A DNA stretch of 64,000 nt, taken from the NCBI GenBank assembly GCA_046483985.1, contig JAWOCD010000115.1:18584-82583 (forward strand), written 5' to 3'. The stretch is from Promethearchaeia archaeon. Its GTDB lineage: Archaea > Asgardarchaeota > Lokiarchaeia > Sigyniarchaeales > SOKP01. Below the pieces are notes generated by a model. That model was given only the letters and a program-made list of their open reading frames with translations. It was not told the origin of the DNA and searched no databases. Made by a program: the position numbers and the translations under genes. Of this stretch, positions 29,515 through 40,103 are shown in pieces. Position 1 is the first letter of the stretch, and each line of letters starts with the position of its first letter.

Positions 29515-30711
29515 CTAAGAAAATCGCTTACCGAACCCACGATACGTTTTATACTCATCAATAAATTCGCCCTCCTTATAGATATGTACAATATTAAAGC
29601 GGGTCAAGGGTTCACCGGCTTTTGCAAAACGACAAAAGACCGGATCTCCGTGTTCTAATTTCACGGTCTTCGGATCGAACTTAAAGGGCGTTTGAACTTC
29701 CCCAAAACCTTCTTCTTCAAAAGTTTTTAACCCTTCGGGCTTGATGGGGACGGGCGGGGCATTTACTCCAGAACTCACGTATCCTCCAGAAAATGCTGTA
29801 ACGATATCCGACCGGGGTTTTCTTACTATCTGCAATGCAAAAAACATTGCTGGGCTAAATTCATCAAGAGAGTCAATTGTATCAAACAAGTGGGATTTAA
29901 ATAATAAAGATCCGATTCCGATTTCGGTAGTTGAGTTTTCTCGAGCTGTCTCCTGATAACATCCGGATCCCCCTCCGTTTACTACCTCTGGTTTAAATCC
30001 CGCAGATACTAATCCATCTATAATTTTTTGACGTAATTGGTTGACATGTTTCCGGGAACGTTTCTTTAAGTAGCGGTATAACAACTTATGGTCCCCCAAG
30101 CTTGCGTTCTGTGCTTCATATCCCATAATTCCGCGATATTTAAGATTCTTCTTTTTTTCAATTTCCTGGGCAAGGTTTATCACTTCTTGAGGTTGATTGA
30201 GCGGGCTCCGATATACTCCCACATTTTTTCCTAAAAATGTATCTGCTACGTCAATTTCGATGAGGATATCGAGGTTAACATTCATTTTTTCTGCAATTGG
30301 TTGTAATACCTTCAAATGTTCTACAGAGTCTGCAATAACAGTTATATTTACTCCCTCAACTCCCGCTGCTTTACATGCTTCCTCTGCATCAACGGAGGAC
30401 ATAAAGGGGTATCCCACCAAAATATCTTCAAAGTGGTATTTTTCAGCTAAAAAAAGTGCTTCCGCAGAGTTAAAGGCAAATACCCCCGTGACGAAATCCC
30501 TTTCTTCTACTTGTTTGATGAATTCCGGTACTCGTACACTTTTTGTGCAAACTCTCATTTTTTTATTGATCTTCCGAAGATCTTTTCCGACTTTTTCCAG
30601 ATTGTGATTAAAGGCTTTCATGTCACAGAAAGCGAAAGGGATCTTTTTTTCTTTTGTTATACCTCGAACATCTTCATATCGGGATTGAATAAACATCTCT
30701 TTATTTTTCAT
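29515..30711 (-). CDS. Fold-type III PLP enzyme (alanine racemase-like / DSD1-like amino acid aldolase or deaminase)
   Basis: RVCTKSVR with the PLP Lys, GIMGYEAQ, NGGGSG, EIGIGS, FGEVQTP. Confidence 0.85.
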   Translation of the reverse strand: MKNKEMFIQSRYEDVRGITKEKKIPFAFCDMKAFNHNLEKVGKDLRKINKKMRVCTKSVRVPEFIKQVEERDFVTGVFAFNSAEALFLAEKYHFEDILVGYPFMSSVDAEEACKAAGVEGVNITVIADSVEHLKVLQPIAEKMNVNLDILIEIDVADTFLGKNVGVYRSPLNQPQEVINLAQEIEKKKNLKYRGIMGYEAQNASLGDHKLLYRYLKKRSRKHVNQLRQKIIDGLVSAGFKPEVVNGGGSGCYQETARENSTTEIGIGSLLFKSHLFDTIDSLDEFSPAMFFALQIVRKPRSDIVTAFSGGYVSSGVNAPPVPIKPEGLKTFEEEGFGEVQTPFKFDPKTVKLEHGDPVFCRFAKAGEPLTRFNIVHIYKEGEFIDEYKTYRGFGKRFS

Positions 30712-30854
30712 CTCCTTTCTTTTTAAATAGTTATCTTAGTTTAAAATATATGACTAAAAGTTTATAAAACCTTAAATTAAATTTTATTTGAAATCGTGTA
30801 GCAACAAATAAAAGTAATATAAACTATTATCCTTTGGGTAATATCGAGGGAAAA

Positions 30855-31385
30855 ATGAAAATGTATGATGACACGTACAAGTTAGTCCTTTTTGGCGATG
30901 CTGGGGCGGGAAAAACTACTTTAACCCGACGTTTTTTAACCGATCTCTTTAAATCAGATTTGAAAATGACTATTGGCGTTGATTTCCAAGTAAAGGGTCT
31001 AGAAATTTCGGGAAAGATCGTTAAATTACAGATATGGGATTTTGGCGGTGAAGAACGTTTTCGATTTTTGCTGCCCACATATATAAGGGGAGCAAATGGA
31101 GGGATATTCATGTATGATATTACCAACTATTCTACCTTGGCACATATTGATGATTGGTTAAATATTATTAGAAGTGAGTTAGATGATTATTTACCTATTC
31201 TGGTCGTGGGAGGAAAAGCAGACCTTTATGAGAACCGAGAGGTATCAATTGAAGAGGGTATAAAAATAGCAAGATCCAGAGAAGTAGAGGGATTTATCGA
31301 ATGTAGTTCTAAAACAGGAGAAAATGTAGAAGAATCGTTTGAAGCTATTACAAAAATCATGATGCAAAAGAGCAATCTTATTTGA
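30855..31385 (+). CDS. Rab-like small GTPase with variant G4 (GKAD)
   Basis: GDAGAGKT, TIGVDF, WDFGGEERFR, VGGKADL, CSSK. Start at ATG 30855 or TTG 30834. Confidence 0.9.
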   Translation: MKMYDDTYKLVLFGDAGAGKTTLTRRFLTDLFKSDLKMTIGVDFQVKGLEISGKIVKLQIWDFGGEERFRFLLPTYIRGANGGIFMYDITNYSTLAHIDDWLNIIRSELDDYLPILVVGGKADLYENREVSIEEGIKIARSREVEGFIECSSKTGENVEESFEAITKIMMQKSNLI

Positions 31386-31424
31386 GACTGCTTTTCTTTT
31401 ACTTTTTATCCACTTATTTTCCTT

Positions 31425-32309
31425 TTATCCTTTTTCTTCTTCTTTCTCCTTTTTTCCTTTTCCTTTTTGGCGCTCTTTTTGACGCATCCTAAGATCCGTT
31501 CGTCTACTGGAGACCATGATCTGAAACTCTAAATCTTTCTTATATTTATCGGCAAAATCTATTAACTCTTTGATGATTTGTTCTTTATCGTATTTTTCAT
31601 GGATATTTTTTCCTCCAAACATTGGGATTTCTCCGTAATCTTGAAGAAGGTTCGTTAGATCATTTGGTAAAACATCGGATCTATCTTTTATGGACATTTC
31701 CATTCCCTCACACATCTCGGTATATATCTCTTTTTGGGAGAATTGACAATAGACGCACTTATCACATCGATTTTTCATGATGTGAAGGATGATAAGCCCG
31801 ACCAAAAATTTAAAATTTTTAGTGAGGAGTTCGATATCTTTATTATTGCTATATTCCTTCACCAACCCATCCGCCTTTGCATAAATCTTGGCTAAATAGA
31901 TTGCCCGTATGAAATAGGGAGGCACAATACAAAATATGCGTGTAAACCAAAAAGGTTGGATGTTAACTGGGGGATCTTCAAAAAAGATGTAATAGACAAT
32001 TCGTCCATCTCGTTCTTTATAGAGGGTTGACTCTTTTTTGAGCATATTCAGATACGTAGAGATAGTAGACCGAGCAATATCTTTAAAAAATAATTTATAT
32101 TGCCCTTCAACTTCAGAAGTAGTTACCTTTTTTTTCCCCTCAATGTAATAATTTAGAATGATCCCTAAGATCCTGTTTTCATGGAGTCTCCCCGTTTTTA
32201 TTTGCTTTTCCTCTGCCTCATCCTCACGAATATAATAGATATCCGCCACTTCTGGTGCAAAATCTTTGACTACGTCATCTAAAATGTCAAGATCGGATTT
32301 ATCAGACAA
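31425..32309 (-). CDS. Hypothetical protein with N-terminal winged HTH
   Basis: TTSEV...IARSTISTYLNMLKKE..L...GR..YY; also contains a CxxCxxC-like segment. Confidence 0.55.
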   Translation of the reverse strand: MSDKSDLDILDDVVKDFAPEVADIYYIREDEAEEKQIKTGRLHENRILGIILNYYIEGKKKVTTSEVEGQYKLFFKDIARSTISTYLNMLKKESTLYKERDGRIVYYIFFEDPPVNIQPFWFTRIFCIVPPYFIRAIYLAKIYAKADGLVKEYSNNKDIELLTKNFKFLVGLIILHIMKNRCDKCVYCQFSQKEIYTEMCEGMEMSIKDRSDVLPNDLTNLLQDYGEIPMFGGKNIHEKYDKEQIIKELIDFADKYKKDLEFQIMVSSRRTDLRMRQKERQKGKGKKEKEEEKG

Positions 32310-32585
32310 GCTGGTAAAGCTCCACTTATTATTAAATTAATTAATTTAGTAAATACTAATAATTTTTTATGCTAGATAATATTTCCTTTTCCTATTAAAG
32401 ATCAATATTCAAAGGTTTTATTTGTTATTATTTAAGAGATAAATCTTTGGGAATATAATACCTATGTTTAATAATTTCATTCTTTTAGAAAATTATGAAA
32501 AGAAATTCTTATCAACATATAAGGAAATAAATAAAAAAAGCGTAAAAGAAAAAACAAATATATAAAGAAAAATTAGGAAGATTGA

Positions 32586-34415
32586 TTATTCCTTTTTTCC
32601 TTCTGAAGGTTCTCCGTGTTCTTCGATGTATAATGGGTCATTAATCTGAAGAATTCTTCGTTGTACCTTTCCAATCATATTTTTGGGCACCTCATCAATC
32701 ATTTCCACGTAATATGGTCGTTTGTAATGCGTCATGTTCTCTTCAGCCCATTCCTTGAGTTCTTCTGGTGTTAAATCGGAATCTTCTCTTAATTCCACCC
32801 AAGCTTTGACTGCTTCGCCGAAATCCTCATGAGGGATACCCGAAACTGCTGCTTCTGAGACGCCCGGGTGTTTCATAAGCAGTTCTTCTACTTCTTTCGG
32901 ATACACGGAATAACCTTTGTATTTAATTAATTGTTTCTTTCTGTCTCTGATTTCTATGGTTCCATCTTCGTTCATAAACCCAATATCGCCAGTTAACAGC
33001 CATAAGGCATCAGCATATTCTTGTATCGTTCTCTCGGTTGCCTCCGGTTTGTCCAAATATTTTAGCATCACTTGGGGTCCGTGAACACAGATCTCTCCCG
33101 TATTTTCTTCGCCAAATTTAGTATCATCGGGGTCTCCTAAACAAATAGGTCCTTTACTGAAGTCATCAGTTGGCCAAATACCCCATTCAGTTCCAGGGAA
33201 TGGCATTCCGATCACACCAATCGGGCTTTCTCCGAACAAATTTCCTGCACTAACAACAGGAGTCGCTTCAGTTAATCCGTATCCCTCTACAATCCGTCCA
33301 CCGGTGTTTTCAACAAAAGCATCCCGTACTGGACGGTGAAGCGGACCTGCACCAGATACACAGAGGTTTAATTTTCCCATGACACCGGGATATTCCTCGA
33401 GATCCTTAAATTCCGCTAATCTTTTGAATAATACTTCCGCACCAGCATATACCAATCCCTCTGGACAATCAAGTTCCTCAATGGTTTCACATAATTCTGC
33501 TTGCGAAGGCGGTTTCGGAAAGAGCATGATCCACCCACCGAATCTCAGCGTGGTATTCATCACCACTGTATGCGCAAAACTGTGAAAAAGAGGAAGGATA
33601 CCTACACTCCCTAAATCGGGTGTTTCACCGCCTAACCAGTGCATTGATTGGGTTGCATTTGATACACAATTGAAATGAGTTAAAACAGCAGCTTTGGGAA
33701 GCCCAGTTGTTCCCCCGGTCATAATATATGTCGCGGGGTGAGTTTTTACGTCAATCTCAACCTCGGGCACATTATGAGGGGTATCCAATAAATCCATAAA
33801 ATCTACGGCTCCTGGGATATCCACCTTTCCTTTGGGTATTTTTCCGATTAATTTCCCTAAAAATCGTTTAAATCCGAGTCCATCGGCTAGATCCGCGAGG
33901 TTAGTGTAAATTACCTTTTCAATCGAAGATCTATCCAGGATTTTCCCAATATAAGGGAGTCCAAATTTCTCAGCGGACCCTTGATCAAAGACCGCGTCAA
34001 GTCCTATGAGATATTTTGGTTTGGTTATGTCTAATTGATGCAGAATTTCCATTGGTTTATACGTAGGGTTAATTCCTGTGACAATGGCACCGAGTCTGGT
34101 GATTGCATAATATCCAATTATGTATTGAAAGCAATTTCCCATGAGCAATGCAACCACATCCCCTTTCTCGACGCCCATGTTTGCAAGTCCGGTTGCTAAC
34201 GATTTTACATGGTCTTGAAACTCATTATAGGTCATATAGGTCTCCAAGAACCACATAACTCGGTTCTCACCGTATTTTTCCACTTGTTCATCAAGCATTT
34301 CATTTAATGTCTTTTCCTCAAACTCAATGTTTTTCGGAACGTTCTCTGGCCACCATTTCTTGAACCAGCGTTTATTTTCGTCTACCTGATAATCATCATC
34401 TTTTTTTATCGGCAT
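32586..34415 (-). CDS. Long-chain fatty-acid--CoA ligase (AMP-binding family)
   Basis: TGGTTGLPK, EGYGLTE, TGDIG, DRKK, GKV. Confidence 0.92.
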   Translation of the reverse strand: MPIKKDDDYQVDENKRWFKKWWPENVPKNIEFEEKTLNEMLDEQVEKYGENRVMWFLETYMTYNEFQDHVKSLATGLANMGVEKGDVVALLMGNCFQYIIGYYAITRLGAIVTGINPTYKPMEILHQLDITKPKYLIGLDAVFDQGSAEKFGLPYIGKILDRSSIEKVIYTNLADLADGLGFKRFLGKLIGKIPKGKVDIPGAVDFMDLLDTPHNVPEVEIDVKTHPATYIMTGGTTGLPKAAVLTHFNCVSNATQSMHWLGGETPDLGSVGILPLFHSFAHTVVMNTTLRFGGWIMLFPKPPSQAELCETIEELDCPEGLVYAGAEVLFKRLAEFKDLEEYPGVMGKLNLCVSGAGPLHRPVRDAFVENTGGRIVEGYGLTEATPVVSAGNLFGESPIGVIGMPFPGTEWGIWPTDDFSKGPICLGDPDDTKFGEENTGEICVHGPQVMLKYLDKPEATERTIQEYADALWLLTGDIGFMNEDGTIEIRDRKKQLIKYKGYSVYPKEVEELLMKHPGVSEAAVSGIPHEDFGEAVKAWVELREDSDLTPEELKEWAEENMTHYKRPYYVEMIDEVPKNMIGKVQRRILQINDPLYIEEHGEPSEGKKE

Positions 34416-34574
34416 TTTAAATTTTCACTTTAATTTTTTTTTGAATAATGTTTTAAACTATCCGTTTTGTTATTATAAATTTTAGATTCCACTATTTATA
34501 TTTTTAATCGATCTTAGAATTTATATCTTTTATATATATTTTATATATTTGGCAAGTAATCTTTTTCGCTTTCA

Positions 34575-34714
34575 TTGAGTTACCGATGCCCTAAAGGGAG
34601 ATGGATTCGTAAATTATCGAGAATCGCCGACACAGATAACATCGGTCTTTAATCCTCTCCAAACGCCAACCCCGTAGTCCCTACGGTTAGGGATGGACTT
34701 GGTTATTATCCATC
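34575..34714 (-). mobile_element. IS200/IS605-family right-end / orphan TnpB omegaRNA-like element, copy 2
   Basis: Minus strand: ACCGTAGGGACTACGGGG...GAATCCATCTCCCTTTAGGGCATCGGTAACTCAA. Homologous to 16423-16495. Confidence 0.72.
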
Positions 34715-34837
34715 AATTACATCATAGTAGCGCTTCTTTATAAATTTTATAGGTAAAAGAGATAAAAATTAAAACTAACGCAGAAAATAAGAAGTATAAA
34801 AAATAAAAAAAATTTAGATTAAAATTTGGGCACGAAG

Positions 34838-36904
34838 TTAAATCCGCGCATCTTTCCTCTTCTTGATGAAGATTGTAGCGACTCCAACGAGTCCAATTCC
34901 GGCAACTAATAAGATTAGCGCCCAGAATCCTTTGGCTTCAAAGACCATGTAGACGCTGAAGGTAGGATCATGCCAAATTCCCATTCCCGTGTTTTCACCA
35001 AAGTCGGGATAACAAACAGCATATACTAATACTTGGAATTCGGCGCTTACGCGCACATCAGAAGCGAAGTCATCTTCCACAGTATCATTTTCCCCTGTAT
35101 AGGTCTTGTGGGCTTCTTGCTCACTAGTCCATAAGGCAACAGGTATTGTATTCGTGGTTGCATCATAATCAGTACTCTCATCGCCAGGAGAATTATCACT
35201 ATCTGAACTATCACTCATTGTATATTTCGGTCCAGCAATATCGACAAAATCAAGATTTGCTTCAACCTCATCACTCAGATAATTCCCGATTTGTAATTCC
35301 TTGGTCTCATTATTGTAGTCTTCTTGACCTAATAAAGCTTGGGGATCCTCGGGGTCGGCTGCAGTGTTTTCAACGTTTAAATGGAAATGAAGTACAGTTG
35401 ATGTGTAGAGGATCGTCATATCTAATCCCTCAATATTATTTTCTGTGCTATTACTCATATTCTTCCACGGACCAAAGTTATGTTCTACCTTTACATCTCC
35501 TCTTGCTGCCTGCATTTCAGTTCCATCCGTTCCGGTAATGACATTATCCATTTTTGGTTCAAATTTAAAACCAAAATACATAAAATCGAGTTCATTAGGC
35601 TCACTACCCATATAAGAGTTCAAATCAATACCCAAGGGAATGGCAGAGATATTAACCTGATCGAGTGTCAACCCCCATGAGATTGAATTATCTTCAATTC
35701 TTGGCTTTTGAAATACAAATTCTTCAACGCCTCCTAACATTAGCCGATGAGTGATTTCACTTGTGGTGGGAATTTGTCCAGTTTTGTTTTCCCCGTCATC
35801 AGTGTAGGTAACATTTTCATAATCATCAACGGAAACAACTGAATCACCATTTGAGTCATTATAAAGGAATGCCCCGCTTAAATGATGGGAGAACAAAAAG
35901 AATTCAATATCACAGCCAGAAAAGGCGTCAGCAGGGTTCATATCTTCTCCGTCTAAAAATGCGGAAACATCTATATGAATCTCGAAATTTTTGATCCAGA
36001 GTTGAATTAAATCGAAGGTAAATTGAGTCCAGATTGTTTCTTTAATCTCGCCCTCGTTATAATTTGGCTTTAATAACCACTGCATGCGGCTATCTTTTGT
36101 TTCATTTGCAGTCTCTCTCCAGGATTCAAGTAGTTCATCATCATCATCAATTACACTGCCGTTACCATAATGCCACGTTCGGTTGACATTATAGTTATCA
36201 TATGGTTCCAATTCGAGATTTTGCCATGTAATAGGATTTAGGACAAAGAGTTCATCACCCGTAAATATATCATTAATATGAATTAAGAACCATGATAATG
36301 TCGAAGCAGCCTCTTCCATTACTTCTTGATCCACTGATTCATTGTTCATTTCCGCTTCCCGAACTTTATTGATCAAATCAATCACTTTTTGAGCTGCATC
36401 AATGAAGGATCTATCATTGTCCCAAATGATTAAGGTTATCCCAACTCCTTGGGTTAGGGTATAATTCGCCTTTCCTTTCCTTGTTACGTTACAGTACGGC
36501 TGATCGTCCAACGCTGTGGTATTATATTCGTCATTTTGAGGCAAGTAAAATCTATCAGACTCACCATCTTCAAAATCTATTGTCCCGTTTTGCGTTTGAG
36601 TTTCGTTAGCACTTAGCACAAATACATTATCTAGAGTCTCTTGTTCTTCCAGAGTTAGTCCTTGCATAAAAAGGGTTTGAAAAACTTTTCCGATGAGATT
36701 TCCTCCATATCCTAAAGTGTTAAACATATTTCCGAATCCTCCTGTAAAAGCATCATACATCCCAGCGCCAGCTGCGGGGTCTTCTTCTATGGTATCGTCT
36801 TCCTCTTGCCCCATTGCAAATGTTGGTGCGGCAAGCAAGCCACTCACGAAGAGTACTACAATCATCAAACCTTTAACATTTAATTTTTTCATAATCGGTT
36901 TCAC
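34838..36904 (-). CDS. Acidic cell-surface protein with signal peptide and C-terminal TM anchor
   Basis: Hydrophobic N-terminal signal, many N-x-S/T sequons, WHDPTF followed by TM helix and KKRK stop-transfer. Confidence 0.7.
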   Translation of the reverse strand: MKPIMKKLNVKGLMIVVLFVSGLLAAPTFAMGQEEDDTIEEDPAAGAGMYDAFTGGFGNMFNTLGYGGNLIGKVFQTLFMQGLTLEEQETLDNVFVLSANETQTQNGTIDFEDGESDRFYLPQNDEYNTTALDDQPYCNVTRKGKANYTLTQGVGITLIIWDNDRSFIDAAQKVIDLINKVREAEMNNESVDQEVMEEAASTLSWFLIHINDIFTGDELFVLNPITWQNLELEPYDNYNVNRTWHYGNGSVIDDDDELLESWRETANETKDSRMQWLLKPNYNEGEIKETIWTQFTFDLIQLWIKNFEIHIDVSAFLDGEDMNPADAFSGCDIEFFLFSHHLSGAFLYNDSNGDSVVSVDDYENVTYTDDGENKTGQIPTTSEITHRLMLGGVEEFVFQKPRIEDNSISWGLTLDQVNISAIPLGIDLNSYMGSEPNELDFMYFGFKFEPKMDNVITGTDGTEMQAARGDVKVEHNFGPWKNMSNSTENNIEGLDMTILYTSTVLHFHLNVENTAADPEDPQALLGQEDYNNETKELQIGNYLSDEVEANLDFVDIAGPKYTMSDSSDSDNSPGDESTDYDATTNTIPVALWTSEQEAHKTYTGENDTVEDDFASDVRVSAEFQVLVYAVCYPDFGENTGMGIWHDPTFSVYMVFEAKGFWALILLVAGIGLVGVATIFIKKRKDARI

Positions 36905-37254
36905 AATTTTTTTTCTTTAAAATATATATCTTATTTCTATTGATGTTAATTTTGCTTTATAAAAATTTAGCTTCTAATTGAGTAGAATCTTTTTCATTTG
37001 ACTTCAGTCTTAATAAATAAACTAGGAAATGACCCAATAAGGGGTAAATCAGTCATTTAATTCTATTATTACTCCCATTAATTCACAAACGGAGAAATCT
37101 AATAGATATAAGAACTCTTTAATATAACTGATTCGTATCCGTTCGATATTTAAATAGATCTGCCCTATACAGACATTTGCTGGGAGATCATCAGAAATTA
37201 GAAAATGTTGGAGCTATTGCAAAGAACAATAACACTGTAAGCGAATATTATAAT

Positions 37255-37751
37255 TTAAACATTATCCGAGTCCATCATAGTAAAAGAGTAAGGGAATACA
37301 AATATAAATAATATAGCAAGAATTATCAAGATCTGGACTCCACTAAACCAGGAGAAAGCCGAGACTTGAAGAACAAAAATCGAATCCGTCAACACGATCG
37401 AAATCAAATATCCTAAAAAGTGATTTTTAAAGCCAAGATACTCCCACCTTCCTTGGATAAAGTTGACGAACGAGGGTATGCCCATAATAAAGGATCCGAT
37501 TTGGTAGAGAAAGGTGATTACCTCAAATTCGCCAAATGCAAGAAACAGAAAGAAGAAGAACAGAGGAATTTAAAGGATCTTTACCATATTAGACGCCTTT
37601 TCTTTTTCTTATCCGCTCCCAATTGTTTGTAATTGTTTATTCCCCGATTCTTATGCATAATTAAGAGTGAGCCGAATTCTAAAGAGATAACTAAGTAATA
37701 GGACACCGTAAGGATGAGAGCTAACCCAGCCGACTCTTTTATCCTTGCCAT
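37255..37751 (-). pseudogene. Degenerate partial duplicate of the neighbouring membrane protein 37804-38856
   Basis: SYYLVISLEFGSLLIMHKNRGINNYKQLGADK aligns to SYSLVTALAFGSLGIMYKNHGISDYKQLGIDK. After a frameshift and a TAA, FVNFIQGRW...GFKNHFLGYL aligns to LVNYIQGKR...NFKSYFFGYL. Confidence 0.75.
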
Positions 37752-37803
37752 TAATTAACTCGGCGATATAATTAACAAACTGCAGGTTGTTTTTTTGCCG
37801 GTA

Positions 37804-38856
37804 TTAAAGATAATCGGATTCCAAGGTAAAGAAAGTGTAGAAAAATACAACAATAAATAATCCCGCAGAGAAGAGTAAACTTCCCACCTGAATAAGTTCC
37901 GAAACCACGAACTGGAAATCCGGAATAAATATAAATTCGGTATATATATCCGAGAACAAAATGACTTTCGCACCCAAAAATATAATTGTAAGCAAATATC
38001 CGAAAAAGTAACTTTTAAAGTTCCTATCTTTACGTTTTCCCTGAATATAGTTCACTAACGAGCCGAGTATCATGATAACCCAACCGACTTGATAGAAAAA
38101 GTTTCTAACGGGTAAATCTGCCAGCGTAAGAAATAAAAAGAATCCGAATAATGGCACTTCCCCTAATTTTATGAGTTCTATGGTTCTTTCTTTTTCTTTG
38201 TCAATACCCAATTGTTTATAATCGCTGATACCATGATTTTTATACATTATTCCCAATGACCCAAAGGCTAAAGCGGTAACCAAACTATAGGAAATCTCAA
38301 AAATTAAATCCACCATTGGAAACCATATTTCAAACAAAACAAAAGTTGCTAACTCCAAGTAGTCGGGTAAAATACATATAGAACAAAAAAGAGGGATAAG
38401 TGCAGCAAATACCATGGAGATCTTCGTGGAAAAGGAGACCTTCTCATTAACCGTCCAATCCTTCCGAAAAGTCGTTAATTTCCATGCAATGGATGCAAAA
38501 CTTAGAATGGAAATGAAGGGTGTGATTAACGGAAATACAAAAATAATTATAACAAATAATGCATTGATACCGAAAAATGTTTTATAATGTATGGACATCG
38601 TTCCGACTTTATTGTCCATCGCATCAATTGATTCGGCGGTGTGACCAGCAAATAAAAGTAAAAAAAAGACCCATGAAACGCTAAACACGATGGGACATAA
38701 TACTTGCAATATCCAAAAGGTTAGCTCCGGATCAGTACTAAACCATAAAGTGAATTCAACTAAATTAAAAATAATAAAAATAACGATTGGGATTATAAAG
38801 ATCGATACGAGTATAATTAATCGACTCAGTAATATTCCTTTCACTCGTTTTGCCAT
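37804..38856 (-). CDS. Polytopic membrane protein of unknown function
   Basis: About 9 hydrophobic segments in 350 aa. Confidence 0.75.
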   Translation of the reverse strand: MAKRVKGILLSRLIILVSIFIIPIVIFIIFNLVEFTLWFSTDPELTFWILQVLCPIVFSVSWVFFLLLFAGHTAESIDAMDNKVGTMSIHYKTFFGINALFVIIIFVFPLITPFISILSFASIAWKLTTFRKDWTVNEKVSFSTKISMVFAALIPLFCSICILPDYLELATFVLFEIWFPMVDLIFEISYSLVTALAFGSLGIMYKNHGISDYKQLGIDKEKERTIELIKLGEVPLFGFFLFLTLADLPVRNFFYQVGWVIMILGSLVNYIQGKRKDRNFKSYFFGYLLTIIFLGAKVILFSDIYTEFIFIPDFQFVVSELIQVGSLLFSAGLFIVVFFYTFFTLESDYL

Positions 38857-39444
38857 GTTCTATTCCACTCACGCCAATTATTTCTATAATAGTAAGGTAA
38901 TCGTTATTCCTTATTATATAAAATGATGTTTGACGAGCATTCTTGTTTTTTAATATCAACTCATCGCATAAATATAGATTACCTTATATTATTATTAAAA
39001 TTACACTTTAATATTTTTTCTTTATTCCATTAATCATTCTTATACCAATACTCCTTTCAGTTTCCCTCACCTACTCGATTCAGGCTCATTGTGAATACTT
39101 TCATTGTGTTTTTATTCCCTTTTCCTATTCCACCGTAAATACCGCGGTTGGCGTTCCGATATACTACAATTTAGTCATCAAAAACCCAAAGAAAATCACC
39201 ACAAACACTACGGAAACTATGACAAACCCAGTAAAGAACTTGATTTGATTCTCTCTGGCAAGGTTCATATCCGAAAATGCCTTTGCCTAACTTATTACCG
39301 CAATAGGAATGAAAGCATTACACAGCACGAAATAGACAAGCCAACCCAATTGCGACCCGGAGATGCTCAAAAATTTTCAGACCTTAGAGAAGCATAGGCC
39401 ATAAAGTTTTTTCTCTTTTTGAATAACTAAAAGTAATAAATGCA

Positions 39445-39873
39445 CTACAGGAATTCTCCCACAAATTCATCCGATGAGTAGACGGGAAAAATTCCGTTAG
39501 CGTCCTTAAAATCCCCGTCATTGGTTATTAAGCAAGAGGCTTCATTTTGCAAACAACTGGCAATAATAATGCAATCGGGAAGTTTCAAATTCACTCTACT
39601 TCTTAATTTACCCGTTTTGTCCGCTATTGATAGATCTAAGTTTATTATTTCATAATGACTATTCGCATAAAGTGTCGAAATAAATTCCTCTTTTTCTTTA
39701 ATTTGTCCTTCTTGGTAATATTTCACCGTTAATTCTGCGATGATAACTACAGAAACAACCGCATCTAATTTTCCTTGATCGATTGCGTCAAGAATTTTTT
39801 TGGAAAATTTAAAGAATGGCTTCTCCTTATTTTTTACATTCAAAAAAATATTAGTATCTATTCCAATTTTCAT
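39445..39873 (-). CDS. vapC: VapC PIN-domain toxin
   Basis: IDTNI, E, LPDCIIIA, LITND..F. ATGA overlap with the upstream antitoxin. Confidence 0.88.
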   Translation of the reverse strand: MKIGIDTNIFLNVKNKEKPFFKFSKKILDAIDQGKLDAVVSVVIIAELTVKYYQEGQIKEKEEFISTLYANSHYEIINLDLSIADKTGKLRSRVNLKLPDCIIIASCLQNEASCLITNDGDFKDANGIFPVYSSDEFVGEFL

Positions 39874-40103
39874 TTCCATTCTTCTCTTAATTCTTTTTGA
39901 AATTTTACGCTATCCATCTTCCATTCTTTTTGATTTTGGAGTATATCTGACACATTTTTTGTTCCCGTTTTTCGAATAATGATTTTATCTCCCTTCAAAT
40001 CGAAAATTAATTTATCGCCCTTCCTAATTCCTAATTTATCTCTAATTTCCTTAGGAATAGTTACTTGTCCTTTTTCACTTATTTTAGAAGTACCTATTAT
40101 CAT
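39870..40103 (-). CDS. vapB: AbrB/MazE-family antitoxin (VapB)
   Basis: KISEKGQVTIPKEIRDKLGIRKGD; coupled to the PIN gene. Confidence 0.9.
   Translation of the reverse strand: MIIGTSKISEKGQVTIPKEIRDKLGIRKGDKLIFDLKGDKIIIRKTGTKNVSDILQNQKEWKMDSVKFQKELREEWK

Noticed and set aside
39100-39400. Hydrophobic minus-strand frame with three in-frame TAG codons (possible recoding)
   Set aside because: It has no clear start and also contains a TGA, and TAG is used as a normal stop elsewhere in the window. A decayed membrane-protein fragment is more likely.
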